Positions 29,908 to 41,666 of a stretch of 64,000 bases of DNA are shown in pieces. The notes beneath the pieces are model-generated. The model made no database searches. It saw only the letters and a program-made list of their open reading frames with translations, and was not told the DNA's origin. The first letter of the stretch is position 1, and each line of letters starts with the position of its first letter. The stretch comes from an uncultured Nitrospira sp. (GTDB lineage Bacteria > Nitrospirota > Nitrospiria > Nitrospirales > Nitrospiraceae): contig CAZAKX010000001.1 in the NCBI GenBank assembly GCA_964485915.1, positions 1,214 to 65,213 of the forward strand, in the 5' to 3' direction. A program made the position numbers and the translations under genes.

Positions 29908-29911
29908 TTGC

Positions 29912-30751
29912 ATGCCCGATATCGCGTTCATCAATGGTCGTTTCATTCCATGGCAGGATGCGACCGTCTCTATCGATGATCGGGGGTTCCAGTTTGGTGA
30001 TGCCGTCTACGAAGTGATCAGGACGTATCGTGGGACACCATTCCAGCTGGGAGCGCATCTCGCACGACTTGAGCGAAGTGCGAAGGAGCTCGTTATTGCC
30101 CAGCCATACTCAAGCGCGCAATGGATGCAGTGGATCACCCACGGACTCAGTCTGGCCGGATATCAAGAAGCCAAGATCTATATCCAGATTACCCGAGGCG
30201 TGGCTCCTCGGGAGCACAGTTTCCCTTCGGAAAGTTGCCCGACTGTCGTCATGACGATTAAAGAGTTACATACCCTGCCCACTGAACTGCGCCAGACCGG
30301 CGTCACCGCATGCACCTGTGAAGATCTTCGCTGGGGACGATGCGATATCAAGAGCGTCAACTTGCTTGCCAACGTTCTTGCACGTGAAGAGGCGAGAAAG
30401 GCTCGGGTGTTCGAGGCAATATTCATTAGAGAGGGTTTCGTGATGGAAGGTGCCTTAAGTAACGTTATGGCGGTTCAAGATGGAGTGGTTATGACGGCTC
30501 CCGAAGGTCCGCGGATCCTGTCTGGTGTCACAAGGACAGTGGTGTTGGATTTGGCTCAAAAAGCAGACATCTCGGTTGAAGAACGGTTTATATCGCTCGA
30601 GGCGCTTTACTCAGCAGATGAGGTGTTCCTGACCGGGACCACACTCGAAGTGCTTGGAGTAGTCCAGATCGATGGGAAGATCATTGGGTCCGGCCAGCCA
30701 GGTCCAATCACGAGAATGCTGGCTGCCCGGTGGGCGCTATTGACCGGCTAG
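29912..30751 (+). CDS. dat: D-amino-acid transaminase (class IV aminotransferase)
   Basis: DRGFQFGDAVYEV, Y.QITRG..PR.H, RW.RCDIKS.NLL and ILSGVTR motifs. Confidence 0.85.
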   Translation: MPDIAFINGRFIPWQDATVSIDDRGFQFGDAVYEVIRTYRGTPFQLGAHLARLERSAKELVIAQPYSSAQWMQWITHGLSLAGYQEAKIYIQITRGVAPREHSFPSESCPTVVMTIKELHTLPTELRQTGVTACTCEDLRWGRCDIKSVNLLANVLAREEARKARVFEAIFIREGFVMEGALSNVMAVQDGVVMTAPEGPRILSGVTRTVVLDLAQKADISVEERFISLEALYSADEVFLTGTTLEVLGVVQIDGKIIGSGQPGPITRMLAARWALLTG

Positions 30752-30798
30752 TGCTCTTGCTTTGCTTCAGGGTGCGTGCTATGGTGCTGCCTCTGTAA

Positions 30799-30820
30799 GT
30801 GGGCTCATGCCCACTTTTTT
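30799..30820 (+). promoter_or_regulatory. rimP leader hairpin
   Basis: GTGGGC-TCAT-GCCCAC followed by a T-run, resembling the GC hairpin commonly found upstream of rimP. Confidence 0.65.
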
Positions 30821-30855
30821 GTTTGGGCACATGTCGAGCAAAATATAGGTTGAGC

Positions 30856-31338
30856 ATGCCGGGTGAAGGTTTGCAGACGGTTGCCGACCGGTTGCAGGAA
30901 ATTATTTCACCGATTTTATGGACGCTTGGACTTGAGTTGGTTGATGTGGTTTGTGTCGGTCAAGGTCCTCGTTCGGTCGTTCGTGTTCTGATCAGTAAAC
31001 CGGGTGGAGTTACCATCACAGATTGTGAACAGGCACATAAGGCCCTCGGGCCGGCCCTTGACGTCGCCGATCCCTTTCCCCACGCCTACACGCTTGAGGT
31101 CTCTTCGCCAGGTCTGGATCGGCCATTTAAGAGACTGCAAGATTATCAGCGGGCGGTTGGGAAAGTGGTGAGCCTCAAGCTTCGCCAACCGGTCGAAGGT
31201 CAGTGGAAGATGACGGGACGACTAATGGAAGTCGATGAGCGTGCCGTCGTGCTGGCCATCGGTGCACCGCGGATGGCGCAGACGATGAGCCTGGATCGAG
31301 AGATGATTGCCGAAGCGAAGCTGGTCGTAAAAGTTTAG
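30856..31338 (+). CDS. rimP: Ribosome maturation factor
   Basis: Y.LEVSSPGLDRP motif; upstream of nusA. Confidence 0.95.
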   Translation: MPGEGLQTVADRLQEIISPILWTLGLELVDVVCVGQGPRSVVRVLISKPGGVTITDCEQAHKALGPALDVADPFPHAYTLEVSSPGLDRPFKRLQDYQRAVGKVVSLKLRQPVEGQWKMTGRLMEVDERAVVLAIGAPRMAQTMSLDREMIAEAKLVVKV

Positions 31339-31388
31339 GCATGTGAAGTCGGGCGTTATGGTAGTAACCGGATGCAGGAGCGTGAGGT

Positions 31389-32540
31389 ATGAACCGAGAA
31401 CTGATTTCAGTCATCGATGAAATCGGGCGCCAGAAAGGGATCGACAAAGCCCGGGTAATCGGAGCTATTGAATCCGCCCTGCAAACAGCCGCCAAGAAGC
31501 GCTTTGGCCAGGCCGAGAACATTCAGGTGGAGATTGATTCAAAGACGGGAGAAATTTCTGTCGTCTCGAAGAAAACGATCGTAGAGACGGTCAGCAATCC
31601 CAAAGCTGAAATCTCACTTCAGGAGGCGCGTCAATACGACAGTGAAGCGGAAGTGGGCGACGAAATCGGATCGCTGATCGAGATGAATGAGTTGGGGAGA
31701 ATCGCCGCACAAACGGCGAAACAAGTCATCTTTCAAAAGGTTCGTGAGGCAGAGTGGGAAGCGGTTCAAAAAGAATACTCCACGCGACAGGGAGATCTTG
31801 TCACCGGCATCATTCTGGGTATGGAGCGCCGCAATTACCTTGTAGATCTTGGAAAGACGGAAGCCATTCTACCCATCCAGGAACAGATTCCCCGCGAAAC
31901 CTATCGGCGTGGGGATCGTGTCAAGGCCATGCTGCTGGAAGTCCGTCGTACGCCAAAAGATGTTCAAGTCATACTATCTCGAAGTCACCCGCAATTCGTA
32001 GCAAAGCTGTTTGAGCTGGAAGTGCCGGAAGTGATGGAGAAGATCATCGAGATCAAGTCGGTTGTTCGAGAGCCCGGAGATCGCACGAAGATTGCCGTCA
32101 CGTCACGGGAAAAAGCCGTGGACCCGGTCGGAGCCTGTGTCGGAATTAAGGGGTCCCGTGTCCAGGCGGTCGTCCGTGAGTTGCGGGGCGAGAAGATCGA
32201 CATTATTACCTGGACGCAGGACCCTCGAGTATTCATTGCTGAGGCCTTGAACCCGGCAACAATTGAAAAGGTCGGGATCGACGAAGAGAAAAAATCGGCG
32301 CTCGTGGTCGCCGCTGACTCACAATTGTCGCTGGCCATCGGCAAGAACGGGCAAAACGTCAGACTTGCCGCGCGTTTGACAGGGTGGAAAATCGATATCA
32401 TCAGCGCAACGGAATACGAGAAAGAAAAGGTTGAGCGCGATAAGGAAATTAAAGCGGCGCTTGCCGAAGAGGCCGAGTCACAGCGACTCCAGGAAGAAGC
32501 GCGTCAAGCTGCCAGAGCAGAAGAAGCGACGAGCGGATAA
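31389..32540 (+). CDS. nusA: Transcription termination factor
   Basis: [11 protein letters not shown]1/KH domains and [12 protein letters not shown]. Confidence 0.98.
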   Translation: MNRELISVIDEIGRQKGIDKARVIGAIESALQTAAKKRFGQAENIQVEIDSKTGEISVVSKKTIVETVSNPKAEISLQEARQYDSEAEVGDEIGSLIEMNELGRIAAQTAKQVIFQKVREAEWEAVQKEYSTRQGDLVTGIILGMERRNYLVDLGKTEAILPIQEQIPRETYRRGDRVKAMLLEVRRTPKDVQVILSRSHPQFVAKLFELEVPEVMEKIIEIKSVVREPGDRTKIAVTSREKAVDPVGACVGIKGSRVQAVVRELRGEKIDIITWTQDPRVFIAEALNPATIEKVGIDEEKKSALVVAADSQLSLAIGKNGQNVRLAARLTGWKIDIISATEYEKEKVERDKEIKAALAEEAESQRLQEEARQAARAEEATSG

Positions 32541-32556
32541 CCGACGGAACCAGTCA

Positions 32557-35124
32557 ATGGCCATGCGTGTCTACGAACTTGCCAAGAAGTTAGGAATGGA
32601 AAATCGTGTGCTCATCCCTGAGCTCAAAAAAATGGGTGTGCCGATTACGTCTCACAGCAGTGCCCTGGATGATGAGATTGTTCAGAAAGTAATGGAAAAG
32701 CTTGCGTCGAAATCCATGGGGCAGTCGTCGGTCACCGAAGAAGATCTCTCTTCAAAATCAACTCCTGAGGCAACCCGCGGAAAAGGAACGGCGACTAAAG
32801 GACATTTGGGAGAGGAGTCTCCTAAGCCTGATAAGCGTCGTATTCTGATCAAGCGAAAGAAGGAAGATGAACCAGTTGAGATTGCGTCTGCGGTATCCGT
32901 TTTCGAAGATGTCCGTTCGGCCCAGGCCGGAGCGGTGGGCTCCGTACCAGCCTCCCCTGCATCAGCCGACCAGCCAGATGAGGAGGTAGAGACTGAGCGC
33001 AGTCTTGTGGCAGAGGCAGTCTCGGAAAAGGGCCTGCCATCGGCTCCGGCTCCTATGGTTCCGCTTCCGGAAGAGGTGCAACAGAAGTCGATGGTACCTC
33101 CACCAGGTCTCGTGGCGTCGACCGTGGAGGCCGTGGCCGCAAAAAAGAAAAGCATGGCGTTTGAGGCTATTGAAGCGGAAAGTCAAAAAGATAAGCTTAA
33201 AAAAGCGCGCAAGACGGGTCGCCCTAAAGATGAGCAGCAGGATGTGAAGCTTCGTGAAGATGCCGCCAGGTGGCAGGATCTCCGTGCGATCCCTGTGCAG
33301 CGACGCGATGATCGATCCAAGCACTTGCACCACAGCACGCCGGCTGAAATCACAAAGCCTCGTCGGAAAAGTGTCAAAGTCACACCACGGACCACAGTGA
33401 AGGAATTTGCCGAGTTGATCGGCCAGCGGCCGGCGGACATCGTTCGCAAATTGATGGATATGGGCCAGATACTGACCTTTCAGCAGCCGATGAATCTGGA
33501 TGCGGCAACAATATTTGCCGAAGAAAGTGGTGTCAAAATCGAAATCGCGATTGAGAAGGTGGGAGAGGAATTATTGCAAGATCTCGTCGACACGGGTGAG
33601 GACGAACGGCCAGAGCCTCGACCTCCCGTTGTCACCATCATGGGTCATGTCGATCACGGCAAAACATCCTTACTCGATGCGATTCGCCAAACCAATGTGG
33701 CGGAAGGAGAGGCCGGCGGCATTACGCAGCATATTGGCGCCTATACCGTCTCGGTGCGTGGCAAGCAGGTTACGTTCCTCGACACGCCTGGCCACGAGGC
33801 GTTCACCGCGATGCGGGCTCGTGGAGCGAAGGTTACCGACATCGTGATTTTGGTTGTCGCCGCTGATGACGGGGTGATGCCGCAGACCATTGAAGCGATT
33901 CATCATGCCAAGGCGGCTGGGGTGCCACTGATCGTGGCAATGAATAAAATCGACAAGCCTGATGCCAACCCTGATCGAGTGAAGAATGCGCTCTCCGAGC
34001 ATGGCTTAATTTCAGAATCCTGGGGAGGGGACACCATTATGGTGGAGGTGTCCGCGAAGCAGAAAACGGGGCTGGATACCTTGCTTGAGATGATCCTGCT
34101 TCAGGCTGAAGTGCTTGAACTTAAGGCAGATCCACACCGACAGGCTCGAGGCACTGTGATCGAAGCCAAAATTGAACGTGGCAGGGGTCCCGTTGCAACA
34201 GTCTTGGTACAGAGTGGGACTCTCAAGGTAGCCGACGCGTATGTGGTGGGCTCATTTAGCGGGCGCGTCCGGGCCCTGATTAATGATCGGGGAGAGAAAA
34301 CCCAGAAAGCCGGCCCATCGATTCCAGTGGAAGTGATCGGCCTACCGGGGGTGCCATCGGCTGGAGATGTCTTCCAAGTCGTCTCCAACGAGAGAGTGGC
34401 TCGGGAGATCGCCGAAGAGCGAGCGCAAAAGCGGCGGGCTGCAGAGCTAGCTGGCCCGGCGAAGGTGACGTTGGATGATCTCTTTGCGAAGATTCAGGAG
34501 GGGTCAGTCAAGGAATTAGCCATCGTGATCAAAGCCGATGTGCAGGGATCATCGGAAGCGTTGGCAGGTGCCGTTGAAAAGCTCTCGACCGACGCCGTCA
34601 AGCTTCGTGTGATTCATAACGGAGTCGGGGGCATCATGGAGTCTGATGTCCTGCTTGCAGCTGCGTCACGAGCCATTATCATCGGCTTCAACGTCAGACC
34701 TGAGCCTAAGGCAACTGCATTGGCCGAACAGCAGGGCGTTGACGTGAGACTCTATACGATCATTTATGACGCCATTGCGGACATCAAGGCCGCAATGGAA
34801 GGCTTACTTGAGCCCACGCTTAAGGAACGAGTGTTGGGGCGAGCTGAAGTGCGCCAGGTGTTCATGATTCCCAAGGTTGGAGCGGTGGCTGGGGCGTATA
34901 TCATCGATGGGACGATTGCCCGTTCGAGCGCAGGAGTCAGAGTTATTCGCGATAACGTCGTGGTCTATCAGGGCAAGCTTGGTTCTCTACGGCGGTTCAA
35001 AGACGATGTGCGCGAAGTCCAACAGGGTTATGAGTGTGGATTAAGCGTTGAAAACTTCAATGATGTAAAGACCGGTGACATCGTCGAAGCGTATGCGATC
35101 GACAAGATCGCGACAAAGCTTTAG
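32557..35124 (+). CDS. infB: Translation initiation factor IF-2
   Basis: [21 protein letters not shown] and NKID motifs. Confidence 0.98.
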   Translation: MAMRVYELAKKLGMENRVLIPELKKMGVPITSHSSALDDEIVQKVMEKLASKSMGQSSVTEEDLSSKSTPEATRGKGTATKGHLGEESPKPDKRRILIKRKKEDEPVEIASAVSVFEDVRSAQAGAVGSVPASPASADQPDEEVETERSLVAEAVSEKGLPSAPAPMVPLPEEVQQKSMVPPPGLVASTVEAVAAKKKSMAFEAIEAESQKDKLKKARKTGRPKDEQQDVKLREDAARWQDLRAIPVQRRDDRSKHLHHSTPAEITKPRRKSVKVTPRTTVKEFAELIGQRPADIVRKLMDMGQILTFQQPMNLDAATIFAEESGVKIEIAIEKVGEELLQDLVDTGEDERPEPRPPVVTIMGHVDHGKTSLLDAIRQTNVAEGEAGGITQHIGAYTVSVRGKQVTFLDTPGHEAFTAMRARGAKVTDIVILVVAADDGVMPQTIEAIHHAKAAGVPLIVAMNKIDKPDANPDRVKNALSEHGLISESWGGDTIMVEVSAKQKTGLDTLLEMILLQAEVLELKADPHRQARGTVIEAKIERGRGPVATVLVQSGTLKVADAYVVGSFSGRVRALINDRGEKTQKAGPSIPVEVIGLPGVPSAGDVFQVVSNERVAREIAEERAQKRRAAELAGPAKVTLDDLFAKIQEGSVKELAIVIKADVQGSSEALAGAVEKLSTDAVKLRVIHNGVGGIMESDVLLAAASRAIIIGFNVRPEPKATALAEQQGVDVRLYTIIYDAIADIKAAMEGLLEPTLKERVLGRAEVRQVFMIPKVGAVAGAYIIDGTIARSSAGVRVIRDNVVVYQGKLGSLRRFKDDVREVQQGYECGLSVENFNDVKTGDIVEAYAIDKIATKL

Positions 35125-35231
35125 GAAGCCTTGCATCCATTCCAAAGAGCCTCTCTCGATGTGAGGTGGAACACTCTGAACACGGTCGCATTGGGGTCCT
35201 GTCGGAAGCGTGATGTAGATGAGTGCTCGAT

Positions 35232-35513
35232 ATGGTGGTGGGGCTTTGTACGGTAGAGTTATTCATTGCAGGGAGCCAATCGCTCAAAGACAAGCGGCAG
35301 GTGCTTCACGGCCTTAAAGACAGACTTCGAGGTAAGTTTAACCTCTCCGTTGCCGAAGTGGATGGCCAAGACCTCTGGCAGAAGGCGGTTCTCGGTATGG
35401 CTTGTGTGGCCAATGACGGCAGCTATGTGAATCAGGTGCTTGAACAAGCGTTGAATGTGATCAAAAGTATGCCGACAGTCGAAGTCGTACGGACGCAACT
35501 GGAATTGCTCTAG
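35232..35513 (+). CDS. DUF503 (YlxP) family protein
   Basis: SLKDKR.V...K..LR.KFNLSVAEV; conserved position after infB. Confidence 0.9.
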   Translation: MVVGLCTVELFIAGSQSLKDKRQVLHGLKDRLRGKFNLSVAEVDGQDLWQKAVLGMACVANDGSYVNQVLEQALNVIKSMPTVEVVRTQLELL

Positions 35514-35556
35514 AGTCTCCCACGAAACCGGCGATCGCCAGTGTCACGCGAGTAAG

Positions 35557-35973
35557 ATGTCTAAAACCACCTATAAGAGAGCAGATCGGGTGGCGGATCA
35601 GATCAAGATGGAAGTGGCCGACATCCTCATGCGAAAAATCAAGGACCCTCGGGTGCATGATGTCACCGTCACCGATGTGGAGCTCACCGGAGATTTACGT
35701 ATCGCTCATGTTTTTGTCACAACCATGGAAACGGGCGAGGCAGAGCGGAATATCTTTATCGGACTCTCCAAGGCCAGTGGCTTTGTGCGAGCGGAGCTAG
35801 GTCGGCGGCTCTCTCTCCGCTACCTTCCGGATGTCATCTTTAAAAAGGATGTCAGTGGGCCACGCGGGGATCGCATTATGCAGTTGCTGGACGGACTCCA
35901 TCATGACACCGAAGGACACGAGACACCTGACACTCAGAGTGAGAGAGAACGGACTACGCCCTCTCAGGGGTAG
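35557..35973 (+). CDS. rbfA: Ribosome-binding factor A
   Basis: R..RVA.QI, KDPR, VT.V....DL..A and LR..P...F..D motifs. Confidence 0.95.
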   Translation: MSKTTYKRADRVADQIKMEVADILMRKIKDPRVHDVTVTDVELTGDLRIAHVFVTTMETGEAERNIFIGLSKASGFVRAELGRRLSLRYLPDVIFKKDVSGPRGDRIMQLLDGLHHDTEGHETPDTQSERERTTPSQG

Positions 35974-35993
35974 AGAAGACGGCGTACATAACG

Positions 35994-36923
35994 ATGGAAC
36001 ACCAGGATAGCGTAGACGGCGTCCTAATCGCCTATAAAGAAGCCGGATGGACATCGCACGATGTTGTGGCCAAGATACGGAAGTTACTGGGTGAATGCAA
36101 AGTCGGTCATGCCGGTACGCTGGACCCTAGCGCCACGGGTGTCCTGCCTATTTTGGTCGGACGTGCTACAAGAATTGCCGAATACCTCATGAATTGGGAT
36201 AAGGAGTACCGGGCTGTTTTACGGCTTGGGGAAACGACTGACACGCAGGACGCGTCAGGTCAGGTGTTGACAAAAGCTGATCACTGCCAGGTGAATGAGG
36301 AGATGATTCGCATGGTCGTAACGCAGTTCCGAGGGGCGCAACGGCAATTGCCTCCGATGTATTCGGCCGTGAAGGTCGGCGGGCAACCGCTGTACAAAGC
36401 AGCCAGAGCCGGCAAGACCATCGATAGGGTCGAGCGGTCTGTCACCGTTCACGAGCTGGAAGTCCTGGCTCTCGAAGGGTGTGATGTGACGCTTCGTGTT
36501 GTATGCTCAAAAGGAACATATGTGCGCACGCTGTGTGCCGATATTGGTCAGGCCTTGGGGGTTGGTGGCCATCTGTATGCGCTTCAACGTCGTCGAGTGG
36601 GCCCTCTTTCAATCGATGAGGCAATGACGATTGATGAAATCGTAAGCCATCTCGCCATGGACACGCTCAGAAAGCGGTTCGTTTCGCTAGACCAACTCCT
36701 ATCCCAGCTCCCGACGGTGATCGTCAACGCAGAGCAGGCCCAACGGGTTGTCCATGGAACGCCCGTGTCCCCGGTGGGAATCAGTCAACTCCCTGCTTCT
36801 CCCCATCCCATGCCGGTACGCCTGAAGAATGAAGCCGGTCAACTGTTGGCGATTGGGACGCACGATACGCAGAGCGTGGGGTCGATTAAAATTCGTAAAG
36901 TTTTCAGTCTCGTGACTCATTAA
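35994..36923 (+). CDS. truB: tRNA pseudouridine(55) synthase
   Basis: [16 protein letters not shown] and CSKGTYVR motifs. Confidence 0.97.
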   Translation: MEHQDSVDGVLIAYKEAGWTSHDVVAKIRKLLGECKVGHAGTLDPSATGVLPILVGRATRIAEYLMNWDKEYRAVLRLGETTDTQDASGQVLTKADHCQVNEEMIRMVVTQFRGAQRQLPPMYSAVKVGGQPLYKAARAGKTIDRVERSVTVHELEVLALEGCDVTLRVVCSKGTYVRTLCADIGQALGVGGHLYALQRRRVGPLSIDEAMTIDEIVSHLAMDTLRKRFVSLDQLLSQLPTVIVNAEQAQRVVHGTPVSPVGISQLPASPHPMPVRLKNEAGQLLAIGTHDTQSVGSIKIRKVFSLVTH

Positions 36924-36939
36924 GATGGAAGGAGCCGCT

Positions 36940-37209
36940 ATGGCATTACTGAAAGAAGCAAAGACAGAACTCATCAAGCAATTTCAGCAGCACGATAAGG
37001 ACTCCGGCTCACCGGAAGTCCAAATTGCGGTGTTGACCAATCGAATCACCTATCTGACCGAGCATTTCAAGACCCATAAAAAGGATCACCATTCCCGTCG
37101 GGGCTTGTTACAACTAGTCGGCCGGAGAAGACGATTACTCGACTACCTTCGCGGCGTGGATGAAGCACGTTACCGAGCGGTTATTGATCGCCTCGGCATT
37201 CGCAAGTAA
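36940..37209 (+). CDS. rpsO: 30S ribosomal protein S15
   Basis: [10 protein letters not shown] and [11 protein letters not shown] motifs. Confidence 0.98.
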   Translation: MALLKEAKTELIKQFQQHDKDSGSPEVQIAVLTNRITYLTEHFKTHKKDHHSRRGLLQLVGRRRRLLDYLRGVDEARYRAVIDRLGIRK

Positions 37210-37430
37210 GTGGTCGCAACCACAGCGCGGCGTAGGCCGTTGCCATAGCGGAGCTCACATATCCCACAGATGAACACCGACATGCGTTCTGACTCTGCAT
37301 GCTCAATGCGGACAGGGTATGACCCGGTGGAACCATACCGACGGTTCAAGCCCTTCGGCATATCATTGCATATGCCTGGTTCGAGCGTATCTCAGTGGGC
37401 ATCTGTGGATCTAACCAGAGGAGACCATAG

Positions 37431-39545
37431 ATGGTACACGTCGTAGAAGTCGACATTGCAGGTCGGACACTCCGTCTTGAAACTGGTCGGGTCGCCAAAC
37501 AGGCGGACGGATCAATTTGGGCGTCGTATGGGGATACGGTCGTCCTCGCGACCGCCGTGGCTGCCCAAACGGCTAAGCCTGGGATAGACTTCCTTCCTTT
37601 GACCGTCGACTATCAGGAAAAGGCCTACGCGGCGGGGAAAATTCCCGGTGGCTATTTCAAACGCGAAGGTCGGCCGGCTGAAAAGGAAGTGCTGACAAGT
37701 CGATTGATCGATCGCCCGATCCGTCCGCTCTTTCCGGAAGGATATTATTTCGAAACACAAGTGATTGCCTCAGTGCTCTCAGCCGATAAGACCGGTTCTT
37801 CCGACGTCATCGGGATCACGGCGGCTTCCGCCGCCCTTGCGGTCTCGAATATTCCATTCAATGGCCCCGTGGCTGGCGTGAAGATCGGCCGGATCAAGAG
37901 TCAGCTCGTCGTCAATCCTGACCTTGAGTCCATGGAGCAAAGCGATCTTCATCTGGTGGTTGCAGGGACCGCGGACGCCGTGATGATGGTGGAAGCGGGG
38001 GCCAACGAATTGCCCGAACAGACGATGCTTGAAGCCTTGGAACTGGCACACTCCGAGATTAAGAAGATCGTCAAGAAGATCTCTGAGTTGGCACAGAAGG
38101 TCGGAAAGGTAAAGCGAGTGGTGGTGGCTGAGTCGATCGATCCTCAATTACAGGCCGAGGTCAAGGCATTGGTCGCGCAGCCCATTCGTGACGCCATCAT
38201 GATCTCTAATAAAACTGCACGGCAAGAGCGATTGGATCAGGTCCTGGCTGACGCGATTGAAAAATTGAAAAAGCTAGAGGAGCTCTCGCGTGAACGGCAC
38301 GTCAAGATCGTCTTCCACCAACTGGAGTACACGGAAGTTCGGAAAATGATCTTAGAGAAACAGTCACGGGCCGATGGACGGGGACCAGCCGACATTCGTC
38401 CGATCACCTGCGAGGTAGGCGCCTTGCCGCGAGCGCACGGTTCCGCGATTTTCACACGAGGCGAAACCCAAAGCTTGGCGGTTGTGACGTTGGGAACGAC
38501 CGACGATGAGCAACGCATTGACGCGCTGGAAGGTGAGTACACGCGCACGTTCATGCTCCACTACAACTTTCCACCCTTCAGTGTCGGTGAGGCGCGGCCT
38601 TTACGCACGCCGGGTCGACGTGAAGTCGGGCATGGCGCCTTGGCGGAACGGGCGTTGAAACCGGTTATTCCGAACAAGGATGTGTTCCCATATACGCTGC
38701 GGATTGTTTCTGAAATTCTGGAATCAAACGGATCGTCCTCAATGGCGACGGTCTGCGGCGGAACATTGGCCATGATGGATGCCGGTGTCCCGATCAAGGA
38801 ACCGGTAGCCGGCATCGCGATGGGTCTGATCAAGGAAGGCGACGACGTCATTATCTTGTCGGACATTCTCGGTCTGGAGGATCATTTAGGCGACATGGAC
38901 TTCAAGGTCTGTGGGACAAAGAATGGCGTCACCGCGCTTCAGATGGATATCAAGATCGGAGGGATTACGACGGCGCTGATGCAGCAAGCCTTGGAGCAAG
39001 CTCGTTTGGGACGACTGCATATCCTCGGTCATATGTCGAAGGCGCTTCTCGACCCGCGGACTCAGCTCTCACCCTTTGCCCCACGCATCCACACGATGAA
39101 GGTCAAACAGGATAAAATTCGAGACATTATCGGCCAGGGTGGTAAAACCATTCGCGGAATTCAATCAGATTGCGGAGTCAAAATCAGCGTGGAGGATACA
39201 GGTGTCGTGACGATCGCCTCTTCCGATGAAGCGTCGTTGCAAAAGGCCAAAGACATCATCGGCCGCTTGACCGAGGAAGTGGAAGTGGGGAAAGTCTATA
39301 CGGGGACGGTTAGAAAGATCATGGACTTTGGTGCATTTGTGGAGGTATTGCCTGGGACGGACGGACTGGTTCATATTTCGCAACTGGCGCATCACCGTGT
39401 GAAAGCGGTGGCTGACGAAGTATCGGAAGGGGACCAAATTCTCGTGAAGGTTCTGGAAATCGATAGGCAGGGCAAGATTCGACTCAGTCGAAAAGAAACC
39501 ATCCCCGTGCCGACGGGAAGCACAAAAGACTCATCCGGCGAGTAA
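37431..39545 (+). CDS. pnp: Polyribonucleotide nucleotidyltransferase
   Basis: RLIDRPIRP, ESNGSSSMA and GDMDFKV motifs; KH and S1 domains. Confidence 0.98.
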   Translation: MVHVVEVDIAGRTLRLETGRVAKQADGSIWASYGDTVVLATAVAAQTAKPGIDFLPLTVDYQEKAYAAGKIPGGYFKREGRPAEKEVLTSRLIDRPIRPLFPEGYYFETQVIASVLSADKTGSSDVIGITAASAALAVSNIPFNGPVAGVKIGRIKSQLVVNPDLESMEQSDLHLVVAGTADAVMMVEAGANELPEQTMLEALELAHSEIKKIVKKISELAQKVGKVKRVVVAESIDPQLQAEVKALVAQPIRDAIMISNKTARQERLDQVLADAIEKLKKLEELSRERHVKIVFHQLEYTEVRKMILEKQSRADGRGPADIRPITCEVGALPRAHGSAIFTRGETQSLAVVTLGTTDDEQRIDALEGEYTRTFMLHYNFPPFSVGEARPLRTPGRREVGHGALAERALKPVIPNKDVFPYTLRIVSEILESNGSSSMATVCGGTLAMMDAGVPIKEPVAGIAMGLIKEGDDVIILSDILGLEDHLGDMDFKVCGTKNGVTALQMDIKIGGITTALMQQALEQARLGRLHILGHMSKALLDPRTQLSPFAPRIHTMKVKQDKIRDIIGQGGKTIRGIQSDCGVKISVEDTGVVTIASSDEASLQKAKDIIGRLTEEVEVGKVYTGTVRKIMDFGAFVEVLPGTDGLVHISQLAHHRVKAVADEVSEGDQILVKVLEIDRQGKIRLSRKETIPVPTGSTKDSSGE

Positions 39546-39548
39546 CTC

Positions 39549-40814
39549 TTGTATCACAAGCGTATTCTCGATAACGGGATTCGCCTCGTCACCGAGCGAA
39601 TCCCGACCCTCAAATCCGTCACCATTGGTATCTGGGTCGATGTGGGCTCGCGTGATGAGGGCCCAGCGCAGGCCGGGTACTCCCACTTCATTGAACATAT
39701 GTTCTTTAAGGGTACGACGACGCGGTCAGCGACCGACATTTCCCGTGAAATCGATGCGCTAGGAGGCGAAATGAATGCCTTCACTACACGGGAGACGACG
39801 ACGTTCTACGTCAAGGTATTGGATCAGCACTTGCCTAAGGCGCTGGATTTGCTCTCGGATCTGTTCCTCCGATCACGGCTCGGGAAGAAAGAAATTGAGA
39901 AGGAAAAGCAGGTTATTCTTGAAGAAATCCGCATGGTCCAAGACGACCCGGAAGATCTGGTTCAAGAGCTTCATACTAAATTAGTCATGGGACGACATCC
40001 GTTGAGTCGCTCGATTCTTGGGCGGGAGTCAACGGTCGCTCAAATCAGCCGGCAAGATCTCTTGCGATACATTGCGATGCACTATCGTCCTGAAAAGATC
40101 GTCATTGCAGTCGCGGGAAATTTTGATCCACCGAAATTAGAGGCAACCATCGCCCGTACATTCGGAAAGTATCGGAACTCAAGTCGTGCTGTACCGAGTA
40201 AACGCTGGCCCGCCGAACTCTGTGGTGGCGTGACCATGAAGCAAAAACCATTGGAGCAGGTCCATCTCTGCGTAGGACTGCCGGGAGTGGCTGCTGGTCA
40301 TAAAGATCGATACGCAGTCTATGCGCTCAATAGTGTCCTGGGTGGGAGCGTGAGTTCCAGACTTTTTCAAGAGATACGAGAAAAACGTGGCTTATCCTAT
40401 TCGATCTACTCCTTCTTATCGGGCTACTCTGATAGTGGCACCGTGACAGTCTATGCAGGAACTCAAGCACGAGAGGTTGAGCGGGTCCTCGATCTAGTGT
40501 GTCGTGAAGTTCGGAAGCTTGCTAAACAGGGAATCAATCGCGATGAGCTGAAACGGACGAAGGATCAAATGAAGGGTGGACTCATGCTCAGTCTGGAGAG
40601 TTCTCATAGTCGTATGAATAAACTTGCAAAGGATGAATTAATTGCTGGAAGTCACACGACTCTGGAGGAAATGATTCTAGAAATTGATGCGGTGACGGAA
40701 CAACAGGTCTTTCATGTGGCACAGGATTCATTCACGTCAAAAGAAATCGCGTTGACAGGCTTGGGACCGTTGTCCTCTCGCCAGGTGGGTGCATTGAGCA
40801 CGAGATTCTCATAA
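39549..40814 (+). CDS. M16 family zinc peptidase
   Basis: HFIEH (HxxEH), NAFT and SSRLFQE.RE..GL.Y motifs. Confidence 0.92.
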   Translation: MYHKRILDNGIRLVTERIPTLKSVTIGIWVDVGSRDEGPAQAGYSHFIEHMFFKGTTTRSATDISREIDALGGEMNAFTTRETTTFYVKVLDQHLPKALDLLSDLFLRSRLGKKEIEKEKQVILEEIRMVQDDPEDLVQELHTKLVMGRHPLSRSILGRESTVAQISRQDLLRYIAMHYRPEKIVIAVAGNFDPPKLEATIARTFGKYRNSSRAVPSKRWPAELCGGVTMKQKPLEQVHLCVGLPGVAAGHKDRYAVYALNSVLGGSVSSRLFQEIREKRGLSYSIYSFLSGYSDSGTVTVYAGTQAREVERVLDLVCREVRKLAKQGINRDELKRTKDQMKGGLMLSLESSHSRMNKLAKDELIAGSHTTLEEMILEIDAVTEQQVFHVAQDSFTSKEIALTGLGPLSSRQVGALSTRFS

Positions 40815-40913
40815 TTACTCGCGTAGGATACGTAGGGTTCTGTCTCATAACAAATTGTTTTATAACTGATTTTTTGTGTCATGCTTCACGAGCCAGCTCC
40901 AGCAAACATTTCC

Positions 40914-40942
40914 TTGACAGGACATCGCGGTTTCAGTACCGT
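40914..40942 (+). promoter_or_regulatory. Candidate sigma70 promoter
   Basis: TTGACA-N17-TACCGT upstream of two exported-protein genes. Confidence 0.45.
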
Positions 40943-41106
40943 TCCGGTACTGGCGGTATGGATTTGTGCTCAGTTTTTGGAATCCATGTAAGAAGGATCG
41001 CACGAACAAAAAACTGTGAAAGCCATTTACTTGGTACATCATAAGTACTTGAGAATTATCGACAGGTAGAACTATCGCGTTCAATTTGATGAAGGAGGGA
41101 TTAGGT

Positions 41107-41622
41107 ATGAAAAGGGCTGTCGTTCTAGCTGCCGTGGCGGTGTTTTGGGGATTCGGCTTGCTAGCGGCCGAGTTTTCATTCGCCGACGGAAACATCGACA
41201 AAGTGGGTCTCGCTGATGCGGTCGTCGGAGGGAAGCCGCTGAAGGCCGAAGCTGGGCTCAAGACGCTGCAAGGGCGTGTCTGGTCGCAATGGGCGGATAA
41301 TCCTGACGGAGAACTCTTATTCGGGATTCAATATTGGAATACAGGAGAACCAGGATCCGGTGACACCGGAGGCCGATCCTCGACCATGCTTGACGTCAAG
41401 CCACCAGATCCATTGTTCAGTTGTTGTGCCTGGGGATTCTCCGGAGGAACTGAAAAGAACTCAACGTATTCAGGTTGGTATCATGCCGCCTCGACAGTTC
41501 GGTTGGCTGTCAAAGACAAGGCGTTGATGGATCAGATCATCAAAGCTTCACAAGAATTGGTGGCTATGGAGGTCACATTGAGTGGCAGGACCATTACCGC
41601 TTTTAAGGTGCTGAAGGACTAG
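41107..41622 (+). CDS. Exported hypothetical protein
   Basis: GGAGG RBS, signal peptide and a CC pair. Confidence 0.75.
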   Translation: MKRAVVLAAVAVFWGFGLLAAEFSFADGNIDKVGLADAVVGGKPLKAEAGLKTLQGRVWSQWADNPDGELLFGIQYWNTGEPGSGDTGGRSSTMLDVKPPDPLFSCCAWGFSGGTEKNSTYSGWYHAASTVRLAVKDKALMDQIIKASQELVAMEVTLSGRTITAFKVLKD

Positions 41623-41666
41623 CCACTCTCAATACGCAAAGACGTTGCCGTAAGGAGGATGCGATC

